Below are positions 55,901 through 62,479 of a DNA stretch of 64,000 nt, in pieces. Under the pieces are notes generated by a model. It made no database searches. It had not been told where the DNA came from and saw only the letters and a list, made by a program, of their open reading frames with translations. The position numbers and the translations under genes are program-made. How positions within the stretch are numbered: the stretch's first letter is position 1; each line of letters opens with the position of its first letter. Origin of the DNA: Nemertoderma westbladi (lineage: Eukaryota > Animalia > Xenacoelomorpha); the NCBI GenBank assembly GCA_032718475.1, contig JAUCBJ010000530.1, positions 35,991 to 99,990 of the forward strand, read 5' to 3'.

Positions 55901-58900
55901 GGGGCCATTCGTGGCTGAATGGGACCATTGTGGCTCGGCTAATTGGGGACATTCGTGGCTGATTGGAGAAATTCCTGGCTGATTGGAGAAATTCCTGGCT
56001 GATTGGGGACATTCCTGGCGGATGGGGACATTTGAGGCTGATTGATGGATATTCCTGGCTGATTGATGGATATTCCTGGCTGATTGATGATATTCCTGGC
56101 TGATTAGGGACATTCGTGGCTGATTGGGGAAATTCCTGGCTGATTGGGGCCATTCGTGGCTGATTGGGGACATTTGAGGCTGATTGATGCATATTCCTGG
56201 CTGATTGTGATGGATATTCCTGGCTGATTGATGGATATTCCTGGCTGATTGGGGACATTCGTGGCTGATTGGGGAAATTCCTGGCAGATTGTGGCCATTC
56301 GTGGGTGATTGGGGACATTCCTGGCTGATTGGGTACATTCCTGGTTGATTAGGGCCATTCCCGGCTGATTGGGGACATTCCTGGCTGATTGGGGCCATTC
56401 GTGGCTGATTGGGGACATTCGTGTCTGATTGGGGCCATTCGTGGGTGATTGGGGCCATTCATGGCAGATTGGGGCCATTCGTGGCTGAATGGGACCATTG
56501 TGGCTCGGCTGATTGGGGACATTCGTGGCTGATTGGAGAAATTCCTGGCTGATTGGCGAAATTCCTGGCTGATTGGCGAAATTCCTGGCTGATTGGGGAC
56601 ATTCCTGGCTGATTGGGGCCATTTGAGGCTGATTGATGTATATTCCTGGCTGATTGGCGCCATTCGTGGCTGATTGGGGACATTCCTGGCTGATTGGGGA
56701 GATTCCTGGCTGATTGGGGCCATTCGTGGCTGATTGGGGACATTCCTAGCTGATTAAAAGGACATTCCTAGCTAATTGGGGCCATTCGTGGCTGATTGGG
56801 GAAATCACTGGCTGATTGGGGACATTCCTGGCTGATTAAAAGGACATTCCTGGCTAATTGGGGCCATTCGTGGCTGATTGGGGATATCACTGGCTGATTA
56901 GGGACATTCCTGGCTGATTGGGGACATTCCTGGCTGATTGGGGCCATTCCTGGCTGATTGGGGACATTCCTGGCTGATTAGGGAAATTCCTGGCTACTAC
57001 TACTAGGATCGGCATGCTGCATTGCAGCTGCATTTTTAAGAATGCTGTGCCGGCTTGTCAACAAAATTGCACCGCCACAACTACCTATCACCCATGACAT
57101 TTGCTAGATCATCCGCATCTTTAAGGCCAGTGTCCTTTAAGATGCGTCTCAAGAAAGTCATGGGCTGTCCACCATGCTTATTCCACCTGGCTGATTGGGG
57201 ACATTCCTGGCTAATTGGGGCCATTCGTGGCTGATTGGGGACATCCCTGGCTGATTGGGGACATTCCTGGCTGATTGGGGACATTCCTGGCTGATTGGGG
57301 CCATTCCTGGCTAATTGGGGCCATTCGTGGCTGATTGGGGACATTCCTGGCTGATTCGGGACATTCCACAACATTTGTCTCTCCTGCTGATGGTGACACA
57401 GATCCATTCGAAGTCTTATGGGGAGTCCTTCAGGGTGACACACTTGCACTATTCTTATTCGTAATTGTTGTTGATAGTGTTCTACACATTTCATTAGACC
57501 ATCTTAATAAAGATGGTAACACCACCTACTGGCTCCAGAAGTCGAGGAAATCCAGCAAAGTACCTTAATACTCTAGGCAGTAGTAGTAGGCCTACCAATA
57601 CTCTTATGTGAGATCATGCTGGGCTCTAACTGCAGCGGATAACAAATCTCTGTATGGCACTTTCACAAGAATGCTGCCCGGGTTCATTGGGTACTAGTGT
57701 GTTTTGTGCCCACACCCCCCCCCCCAATTTTCTAAAATGCTAGTTTTCTGTTACTTTTTTTTTAATGTTCTAGAACATATTGTCTATTCATTTTTTTATT
57801 AATTTTGTTCTAGAACAAATAATTGTTGTTCTAGAACAAAATTAATTAATTAGGTATTTTTGAAGTTATCAAAGCTAGTTTTTTTATTTTATTTTTTTAA
57901 TGTTCTAGAACATTTCGTCTATTCATTTTTGTAAAAAGTAATGTTCTAGAACAAATATTTTTTGTTCTAGAACATTTAAAAAAATTTTTTTGTGGTGTTT
58001 TTTATTTGATTAGTAAGTGTTAAAAACAATTACTAACAACTACAAATTTTCATTGTAGCTAGTGATTTTTATTAAATATGTGATACAAAGAAACATAGAA
58101 TAACAAAATTTACAAATTAGCTAGTTTTTTTTGTTTTTTTTTTGTTCTAGAACAAATAATATGTTCCAGAACAAAATTTCTATATTAAATGAATAGATAA
58201 TATATGCTCTAGAACATTTTTTGTAAAGGAAACAAAAACTAGCTAGTTTAAAAAATTTATACAAAGATAACATACAATAAAAAATGAAAAATATAAACAA
58301 GTTAGCTTATTTTTTTTCTATTTTTTGTTCTAGAACAAAAATATTTGTTCTAGGACAAAGTTTTATATTAAATGAATAGATTATGTTCTAGAACATGTTT
58401 TAAAAAAAAGTATCAAACACCATCTAGTATAAAAATATTTGAGGGGGGTGTGCACAAAACACACTAGTACCGGTTCATTGTGTCAAGTACAAAGAACACA
58501 TCTCCAATCAGACTCTATACAACATTGGAGGTGTTCCATTAATCACCCCGAGTTGGACACTTGAACGGAACTACCCCGCTTTGCAGGACATAGCTTTTGC
58601 CGTGAAGACCAGCCAGTGCATAATCTTGTGCTTTGGCGGCCTCATGGATTTAATAAGCATGATGAGAGCCGATTTGTCGACAAGCTTGCACAGCATTCTT
58701 AACATATATATAATATATATATAATGCAGCTGTAATGCAGCATGCCGATCATAGTAGTAGGGGTAGGGGACATTTCTGGCTGACTGGGGACATTCCTGGT
58801 GTATCCTAGTGACATAAAGTTACAATAAATTTTGATTCCTAAGTTTAAAATATGCGATAATTATCATCTTATGAAAAATAACTGCAGCAAAAATATATTA

Positions 58901-59093
58901 TTAAATTATATACCTAATATTTCAATTTAGGTGGTTATTCAATTATCCCTTATCGATTTGGGATCGTTTACTCTGTAATAAAAGTTGAAGAGGCGCTTAG
59001 GAAGGACGTATTTTCTACAGAAAAATATGTAAGTCTGCATTATATGAAAATAAAACACTTACATATAGCAAGAACTAAGAGTAATATATCCAT
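1372..59093 (-). CDS. Multi-exon host gene: signal peptide + hemopexin-like propeller + at least 34 tandem calcium-binding EGF modules; 3' end not found in window
   Basis: 40 GT-AG-bounded exons splice in frame when the LINE-split EGF exon is skipped (phases 1,1,0,1,1, then all 1/1). Spliced N-terminus: [76 protein letters not shown]...[23 protein letters not shown]... Confidence 0.85.
2013..4357 (-). mobile_element. 5'-truncated CRE-clade-like non-LTR retrotransposon (RT + CCHC + restriction-like endonuclease) in an EGF intron
   Basis: ORFs 3985..4350 and 2238..4097 (frameshifted): [34 protein letters not shown]...HGLSC, KRPDG...WDAT. gtaaatacaa duplicated at 2003-2012 and at 4358-4367/4378-4387. 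Confidence 0.88.
4459..4828 (-). CDS. EGF exons 31-32 (4703-4828, 4459-4584)
   Basis: Same module, lying between two retrotransposon insertions. Confidence 0.9.
4924..9662 (-). mobile_element. Near full-length HERO-clade-like RLE non-LTR retrotransposon with N-terminal Ulp1/C48 protease (family A, copy 1)
   Basis: One ancestral ORF 9340->5149 broken by a +1 frameshift near 7035 and CGA>TGA at 6091. Ulp1 motifs ([20 protein letters not shown]), C2HC finger, Cys-rich CXC block, RT ([13 protein letters not shown]), CECC...HALSC, RADL...DV. 15-bp TSD aattatatctataat (4909-4923, 9663-9677). Confidence 0.92.
9696..15055 (-). CDS. Core array of 23 EGF exons (8-30), period 237-244 bp
   Basis: 126-nt exons with left ends at 9696, 9933, 10171, 10409, 10647, 10884, 11121, 11358, 11595, 11832, 12069, 12306, 12543, 12780, 13018, 13256, 13493, 13737, 13974, 14212, 14449, 14693, 14930. 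All open, six Cys kept, 111-118 bp GT-AG introns. Confidence 0.93.
15170..16792 (-). pseudogene. EGF exon 7, split by a LINE insertion (halves 15170-15254 and 16749-16792)
   Basis: Exon sequence stops at ...cagtcagcatt and resumes at attaatgtggcag... 1.5 kb later; ATT occurs at both junctions. Confidence 0.9.
15255..16748 (-). mobile_element. 5'-truncated L2/Daphne-like (CR1 group) LINE inserted inside an EGF exon
   Basis: RT fragments GVRQG..SPILF and VYADN(D), C-terminal WKLPYNTHR; (TAAA)n tail at 15254-15267. Confidence 0.8.
16909..17034 (-). CDS. EGF exon 6
   Basis: 126 nt, ttcAG / GTAATA. ORF 16868..17089 shows the true frame [42 protein letters not shown]. Confidence 0.9.
17935..18433 (+). 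mobile_element. 3' end fragment of a LINE (Zn-knuckle C-terminus)
   Basis: [18 protein letters not shown]...ICKCG...EAHVICEC; AATAAA then (ATCT)n tail; interrupts one copy of a local ~240-bp duplication. Confidence 0.7.
18470..19870 (-). mobile_element. Decayed CR1/L2-group LINE fragment
   Basis: [25 protein letters not shown]; DLSKAFDTV upstream; C-terminal APTVWNSIP. Confidence 0.8.
20690..22430 (+). mobile_element. Highly decayed CR1-like LINE (endonuclease and RT remnants)
   Basis: [33 protein letters not shown], later IERVQ-like segment; many stops. Confidence 0.7.
22614..25077 (+). mobile_element. hAT DNA transposon (defective)
   Basis: 17-bp TIRs caggggcgcctgaagca / tgcttcaggcgcccctg; 8-bp TSD ctacaaca (22606-22613, 25078-25085); hAT dimerisation remnant [12 protein letters not shown]...KSWLRSKMS near 24020-24090. 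Confidence 0.9.
25223..25619. mobile_element. MITE
   Basis: TIRs caaggactactatac..caggact / agtcctg..tatagtagtccttg; the palindrome acttcgctagcgaagt occurs near both ends. Confidence 0.75.
26016..26940 (+). pseudogene. Intron-containing fragment resembling a CaRF-like / Mutator transposase N-terminal DNA-binding region
   Basis: GC-richer segments 26016-26290, ~26417-26490 and ~26716-26940 with GT-AG flanks; [23 protein letters not shown] (shifted frame), [16 protein letters not shown]...YWVMVP. A frameshift is needed. Confidence 0.45.
26945..27261. mobile_element. Right end of a PIF/Harbinger-like non-autonomous element carrying the agcaacaagtt satellite motif
   Basis: Ends ...ttgctccgtgtgaggggggcct, approximately the reverse complement of aggccccactcacacgcagcaa at 60394; shares internal sequence with 60700-60750 and 62480-62560. 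Confidence 0.55.
27995..29118 (-). mobile_element. RTE-clade LINE fragment
   Basis: [52 protein letters not shown]. Confidence 0.8.
29119..30663 (-). mobile_element. Decayed hAT transposase (ZMYM1/P52rIPK-like)
   Basis: [60 protein letters not shown]; frameshifted. Confidence 0.85.
31548..32245 (+). mobile_element. RTE-clade LINE 3' fragment (same family as 27995-29118)
   Basis: [21 protein letters not shown]; 3' end aatgcagctgcaatg...ctagtagtagtag. Confidence 0.8.
32246..32625 (+). mobile_element. Second, more diverged RTE 3' fragment in tandem
   Basis: Repeats the preceding 3' region and ends in (TAG)n just before EGF exon 5. Confidence 0.65.
32641..33003 (-). CDS. EGF exons 4-5 (32878-33003, 32641-32766)
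   Basis: Same 126-nt module, slightly more diverged; splice sites intact. Confidence 0.88.
33098..36836 (-). mobile_element. HERO-like family A, copy 2 (5'-truncated within Ulp1; internal deletion removes YADD)
   Basis: Near-identical to 5014-8860; ORFs 36019..36735, 35254..35973, 33260..35290; 14-bp TSD attatacctataat (33084-33097, 36837-36850). Confidence 0.92.
36869..37474 (-). CDS. EGF exons 1-3 (37349-37474, 37109-37234, 36869-36994)
   Basis: Each 126 nt, AG/GT bounded, encodes D[V/D][40 protein letters not shown], matching the cbEGF consensus DxDEC...CxNTxGxFxC. Confidence 0.92.
37560..37885. mobile_element. Probable MITE
   Basis: Imperfect TIRs ccggacttttcataccagaatt / aattctgggacgaaaagtccgg. 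Confidence 0.5.
38633..38890 (-). CDS. Host gene exon 5 (last propeller blade, closing Cys)
   Basis: tttttAG / GTAAGT, 258 nt, phase 1-1, overlaps ORF 38586..38885. Ends [11 protein letters not shown], like the terminal W-x-x-C of MMP hemopexin domains. Confidence 0.85.
39330..43130 (+). mobile_element. HERO-like RLE non-LTR retrotransposon, family B (GC-rich, 5'-truncated, frameshifted)
   Basis: ORFs 39366.., 40349.., 41501..42988 are colinear with the family A protein ([31 protein letters not shown]...[15 protein letters not shown]...FDI); followed by an (AAT)-rich tract. Confidence 0.9.
40880..41430 (+). repeat. 15-bp GC-rich minisatellite (gacccgccacccggc) inside the RT of family B
   Basis: Repeats translate as DPPPG / RHPAT / TRRPA in the three frames. 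Confidence 0.85.
43252..43443. repeat. Long near-perfect palindrome (~91-bp arms, ~10-nt spacer)
   Basis: cttatatgatcaatcacc...gatattctagaatt [attgcactac] aattctagaatatc...ggtgattgatcatataag; one mismatch seen. Confidence 0.92.
44823..44985 (-). CDS. Host gene exon 4 (propeller region)
   Basis: ttttAG / GTAAGT, 163 nt, phase 0-1, open: [54 protein letters not shown]. Confidence 0.8.
45290..45780 (-). mobile_element. Old RTE-like LINE relic
   Basis: Reverse strand reads SPDGETS...[19 protein letters not shown], a decayed [13 protein letters not shown] motif. Confidence 0.5.
45990..46144 (-). CDS. Host gene exon 3 (hemopexin-like repeat)
   Basis: poly-T AG acceptor, GTTAGT donor, 155 nt, phase 1-0. 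[51 protein letters not shown] contains the hemopexin W..D...GYPK motif. Confidence 0.8.
46207..46368 (+). repeat. 5' LTR
   Basis: tgtcataactc...gatattaca, identical to 51081-51242. Confidence 0.96.
46369..46380 (+). promoter_or_regulatory. Primer binding site (initiator tRNA-Met)
   Basis: TGGTAGCAGAG is complementary to the 3' end CTCTGCTACCA of animal tRNA-iMet and directly follows the LTR. Confidence 0.88.
46519..51006 (+). CDS. Copia Gag-Pol polyprotein (1495 aa)
   Basis: [14 protein letters not shown] knuckle; protease ILDSAA; integrase [25 protein letters not shown]; [16 protein letters not shown]; RNase [23 protein letters not shown]. Confidence 0.96.
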   Translation: MDNNDNRTPAKVGNSIPPAFPGKNKYVEWCRLLKKWGRITKIRKCDQASTVILSLPEGDARTLALAVDDAELDINDGLQRLITEWDRAFMKDEKTRGYVQWQELKNFKKKEIISYQEYCAQFSRVRAEAKTFKVEVSETTFAFMMLDGASLNKEQRMLILSVALASAGANGQLSYTHIEAALRRLNAGNDAANDITTPSNDENALEASSTDFTSTNEVPDELPVNLNDLSVAEKDEILEVAFATWNKNKRETNYSNFSKIHRGNYTGWRRNSNTFSPHFTHNTGSPRFNPKYIQSGEVLKCHRCQSRFHLVRDCPSQGQSKTYQGTNYTSHDEQTVGQIFSSEAEDIFEIGVDVADSYSEYGILDSAATKTVCGEQWFNQFRDILYEKAGLKPQINVASTFYNFGNVGKRKAMFNAIVSVFINGVQYQMVVDIVRGNTPLLISRSSLERLGITINFKSNSATMEGKSLKLKSCPRGHLLVHLMDVKARDMGDQNNNNNIVDIETVFLTLTDFRSNPSKVADKLHRAYGHPSSNKLIQTIKPVMQKESMSIDEQELLKAAIEKLSKSCDVCDKNSKPVSAPRVAMTPSTRFNESVALDLTEWKRNSKTYIIMHMIDQATRYSGASFVTSKDDDVIISAISHCWIKIFGPPKNIYSDNGGEFTSKRLYAFYEQFGINVSGTAAYSPFSNGRCERHNALLKVTMSKIADDERNISLSSSVILDFALFAKNSLMDSGGFSPSQRVFGCNPQIPNIIDAELPALTESNDKQIRDLLNCLHETRQSYIAGDSSERIKTALRRRVPSPPPVVKNGDSVYYWRDVAGIETGWKGPGNVLGREGSVVLVQHGSRVIRVHPIHIRLNKTKQQNNAKEYESDDEDDLEFLKDVISVPSGQVSNEIKIPISSNIGLLPLTDDVDSNNTTINGNGNLELMYKNTDKSSSMVSEPDIVADVPLYNRATIRALKQLDQPLEQTTLPPRTKRPPERYQCNNIEEMIVAENANGVDGTPNVKCQNEEEFYHSKQKELLSWKEYDVVEIVSMEEVINKSIQTRWVNSWKSLPNGQVVAKSRLVAKGFQDGEKENIISESPTIDREILQLVLSLLPTMGYKPTTMDVKTAFLQGEQIKRDVFLHPPPEVSLPANTCWKLKKTVYGLVDASRNWYNHVDHVVREAGMFRSKVDPALYFMHRGEKLEGLLLVHVDDFLYAGSDWFKINIMSKIQSKFTIGKITENCFSFLGLCIQTVIDQGDRFLIAISQQDKFTKLCDIQCSANRNKSELLTIEEISLVRYLLGSLQWAASLTRPDLSFSVSALQSELKDPTVEIITKVNKLLRKAKAFSPNFIYHRPMDTIKPIVYTDSSHGNLQDGGSQSGAVIVLEDEKGKLINVVNWRSHRIRRIARSTFAAETLASAATMDLALYMDYILNEFMIKRNNWSIRSDCKSLVDAVHSLTNAPLEKRLKIDLASLREAMKLYCMVFEYVPTKMQLADVLTKETSGYQLLKLLE
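51081..51242 (+). repeat. 3' LTR
   Basis: Identical to the 5' LTR; followed by TSD ATACT. Confidence 0.96.
52253..52818 (+). mobile_element. RTE LINE 3' fragment
   Basis: Similar to 31615-32200 with an internal deletion; (TAG)n tail. Confidence 0.7.
53644..53763 (-). CDS. Host gene exon 2 (end of signal peptide, start of hemopexin-like domain)
   Basis: ttctcAG / GTAGGT boundaries, 120 nt, phase 1-1. [40 protein letters not shown] resembles the hemopexin blade motif IDAAF...YFFKG. Confidence 0.8.
54058..56994. repeat. 20-bp minisatellite (ggctgattgggg[ac/cc/aa]attc[ct/gt]), roughly 145 units; further units at 57186-57368 and 58761-58800
   Basis: Obvious 20-bp periodicity; it generates the many repetitive [16 protein letters not shown] ORFs. 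Confidence 0.97.
56995..58760. mobile_element. Rearranged RTE LINE fragments (56995-57185 minus; 57365-57689 and 58472-58760 plus)
   Basis: [28 protein letters not shown]; family 3' end gcagcatgccgatc(c/a)tagtagtag present in both orientations. Confidence 0.7.
57690..58471. mobile_element. Mutator/foldback-like MITE nested in an RTE fragment
   Basis: TIRs ggtactagtgtgttttgtgc / gcacaaaacacactagtacc; 9-bp TSD ggttcattg (57681-57689, 58472-58480); many tgttctagaaca palindromic subrepeats. Confidence 0.9.
59063..59093 (-). CDS. Host gene first coding exon (signal peptide start [10 protein letters not shown])
   Basis: ATG at 59093, hydrophobic run, donor GTAAGT, phase 1. Joins the next exon in frame to give a signal-peptide-like [23 protein letters not shown]. 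Confidence 0.7.
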
Positions 59094-61599
59094 ATTCCAT
59101 GCCACAATTCTCTAAATATATTAATTACATATGGAATAATATTACTAATACTATTTTTTAGCTTTATTACACCATATCTTTAGATCAAACCAAGTACAAC
59201 TACATTTACAGTTAGACAGTGAGATAATAATATTACCCAGGAGTATAACAACAGTTAAGGCAATATAACATAACATTGGCAATTTTACCAATTTAATGTA
59301 TCAATTTTGTTACCAACTTCATGTTTAACCAATAAGTAACTAAACTAGGGATGAATTTACTTTGGTAACATTTGAATATGAACCACAAACAATCCAATAT
59401 GCTTTAATATATTTTACGAGATAGATAATGATAAAAAATAATCCATGACATGATATACATGCTCAAAATGAACATCTGTATGACCAAGGTCAGTCAGTAT
59501 ATATATATCAGAGATACTAGATGTTTTATTAATATGTGAATTAGTGTTTTGTTTGCAAATAAATATTAAATAATGAAGTAGGCCTTGAATGGTTGTTCTA
59601 TGTAAACTATATCCATGCCCCGCCTTTTGTTGCCTTTGTATATTACATTATAATTGATTTATTAAGCTGAGGGGCCATCTTGCTATGAATTGACATGCTT
59701 GATAAAATTGTAATGATTTGTTAATGCCAAGTCCAATTAGTTACATCTCATTTACCACACCCTTTACAATCCATCATATCCACTTGAGTGGATATCACGC
59801 TGAGCCATACCACTTTGACATTGTTTCAATGCCATATTGTAATATTTCTCAATTATTGACATACTTACAATATGGGATTTAAAATTATTGAATTATTACC
59901 ATTTCTAAAGTGTAAAGGACATATAATGCAAAACAAAAGAAAAAAATAATCGGCTTTAATATGAATCCTAATTGCATAATTGAGAAGTATTACGATAATC
60001 AACTAAAATGTTATTGTCTGGAATGTCTATAATCATTTTTGGTGGTGGTGGATTTTAGATGGTTTTGCCAAGAAATCCTTTAGAAATCAATAATTCACTA
60101 ATAAAGGATTGTATCAGTAAACTTAACACACACTAAAAATCATTTGTGATTTTTACAAGAACTGTCATTGTGTGAGATCAAGCAGTGATGTAGTAATGTT
60201 AATTGAAACAACGACTAATAAAAAACCCTTTGACTCATGAACTCCCGCTCTGTAATCGGAAACAACGCCAGTTTTGCCATCAATAACTAACAGTTCTGAT
60301 AAAATAAATCTTTCATTTTTAAACCTAATGAACTGCTGTTAAATTGTATTTGTTTAATATGCTTAGATTTCCCCATACAAATGGTATAGATTGAGGCCCC
60401 ACTCACACGCAGCAATTTTTGTTTCGGCAAATTGTTTCTTGAACAAAAGTTGCGCCGTGTGAGGAGGGCGTCAGCAATAAGTTGCGAGGCATACTCAGGA
60501 ACATTAAGAAATTGTTAAGAAATTGTCGCGCTCTCGTAACTGTTGTTACCCTTTATTTTTTGGTCACCTGAGGTCTCCCAGACAGCATCCCTACTCAATT
60601 ACTCAGGAACATTGCGCAACAAAGGTTGATGTGTGTGAGGGAGTCAGCCAAAAAGGTGTGTGTATATAAGGATTCCAGCAACAAGTTGCTGCAATATTTT
60701 TAAAAAGTTATATTCCCAGCAACGTTTTTAAAAACTTTTAATACATGTGATGTAGACATTAACGATGTGATGTAGATGATTTTGGTAAAATGTTAGATAA
60801 TATAACATACACGTTCGTGGGGAAATTAAAATTGTGCGACTGTATCACAAAATCAGGTTATGAGAGATTAACCCACACCACCAATTAATCAAAGAAAGGG
60901 GTACGTGTTCACCCCTTTTAATCTGCACCCCCCCCCCCCCCCTCCCCTCCCCCCACCCACCAATACATAACCGCGACATCTACCACCCACGGAAGGGTAA
61001 CACGAACTTATTTCCAAACGCACGTTCAATATGCAAAGCCAGGTGGTTTATAGGAATATAATCAATGCAGTACTCGTCTTCATTATAAGCCTCTTTGCGT
61101 TCGACCTGTTTTGTATTAAAATATATTTATTAAACGCAGGCTAGGACGATCTTTATAATAATAATAACTAGGGATGCGATCAATATGTGAAGCCAGGTGG
61201 TTTATATAATAATTTAGTCAACGCAGTACTCGTCTTCATTATATGCCTCGTTGCGCTCGTCGCTTGTCCTGTTTTGTCATAAAATATTTTTCCTAAACGT
61301 AGAATGACGATCTTTATACAGTTATAACTATGCGAAGTTTCGAAACTGTGCGAGTAACTGTTGATACATCTATGTGGAGATGTGTGATATGTGGAGATGT
61401 GTGATACAACGCCAACGCATCTTATGCCGATTTAGTAATATGGGTATTGAAATAATATTAAATCAATGTACACTCTTAAAGCTGCAGCGAAAAAATGTAG
61501 CTAATTTCCTAGGTTACATATAAAATAATAATATTATTTTTAAGAACATTAATTTTACTACTTTGCAAAAATTCAATTAAAAAATAACCAGACATATAC

Positions 61600-62199
61600 G
61601 GGTGACAGAACGAACGTAATCAGGATCGAATGTAACATAGTTTTTACGAATCGAACGTAACCTCAATTATGTTACATTGGATCCTATAACTATGTTACAT
61701 TCGATCTACAAATTACTAAGCTCGAATGTAACATACCGTACATTCAGACATTTATTTTAGTTGTGTTTTGATTTAAGGAGTTAACCGATGAAATGCTTCC
61801 TTTATTTACAGGAAGAAACAGTTTGGTGTTGGTGAGTACAAAACAACAAAGACCCAATTAAGTAACCTGCAATCTTGTAACATGTATTAACTTTCGTTTA
61901 TTGTTTTAGTTCCCCCAACACGCCTCTGTAACCTGCTCCTTTCAGCCTTTAAATAAAAGTAATCTGCATAATCTTGTAACATCTGTTAACTTTCGTTTAT
62001 TGTTTTGGTTCCCCCAACACGCCTCTGGAACTGCTCCTTTAAATCTGTAAATCAGTAAATGGCAATGTTACATTCGAGCTTAGTAATTTGTAGATCGAAT
62101 GTAACATAGTTATAGGATCCAATGTAACATAATTGCAGTTACGTTCGATACGAAATAACTATGTTACATTCGATCCTGATTACGTTCGGTCATGTATCC
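61600..62199. mobile_element. Mutator-like MITE with ~130-bp TIRs
   Basis: Arms 61600-61735 and 62065-62199 are reverse complements; 9-bp TSD gacatatac (61591-61599, 62200-62208); internal ~100-bp tandem duplication. Confidence 0.82.
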
Positions 62200-62479
62200 G
62201 ACATATACATTGTGGAATAAACTATTTCAGAAGCCTACAACAGCCATGCCATGGATTGTATTTATGTTATTATATCTGTCATTTACCTGAGATAGCAATA
62301 GTAGTAGTAGTCGACCGGTTATGCGGATAATGTGTTATGCGAACAGATAATGTTATATTATAACATTATTATTTCAGGACCCTACATTATTTATTATCCT
62401 GGTGCTAATTTTTATTTTTACTAGTTACGATTTTAGATATGGCATTTTTTAGCTGAATTAAAATTATTAAACATTAAAT

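Noticed and set aside
54007-57494. Repetitive ORFs ([16 protein letters not shown]...) as proteins
   Set aside because: Stop-poor 20-bp repeat; the same peptide appears in all three frames with frequent frameshifts.
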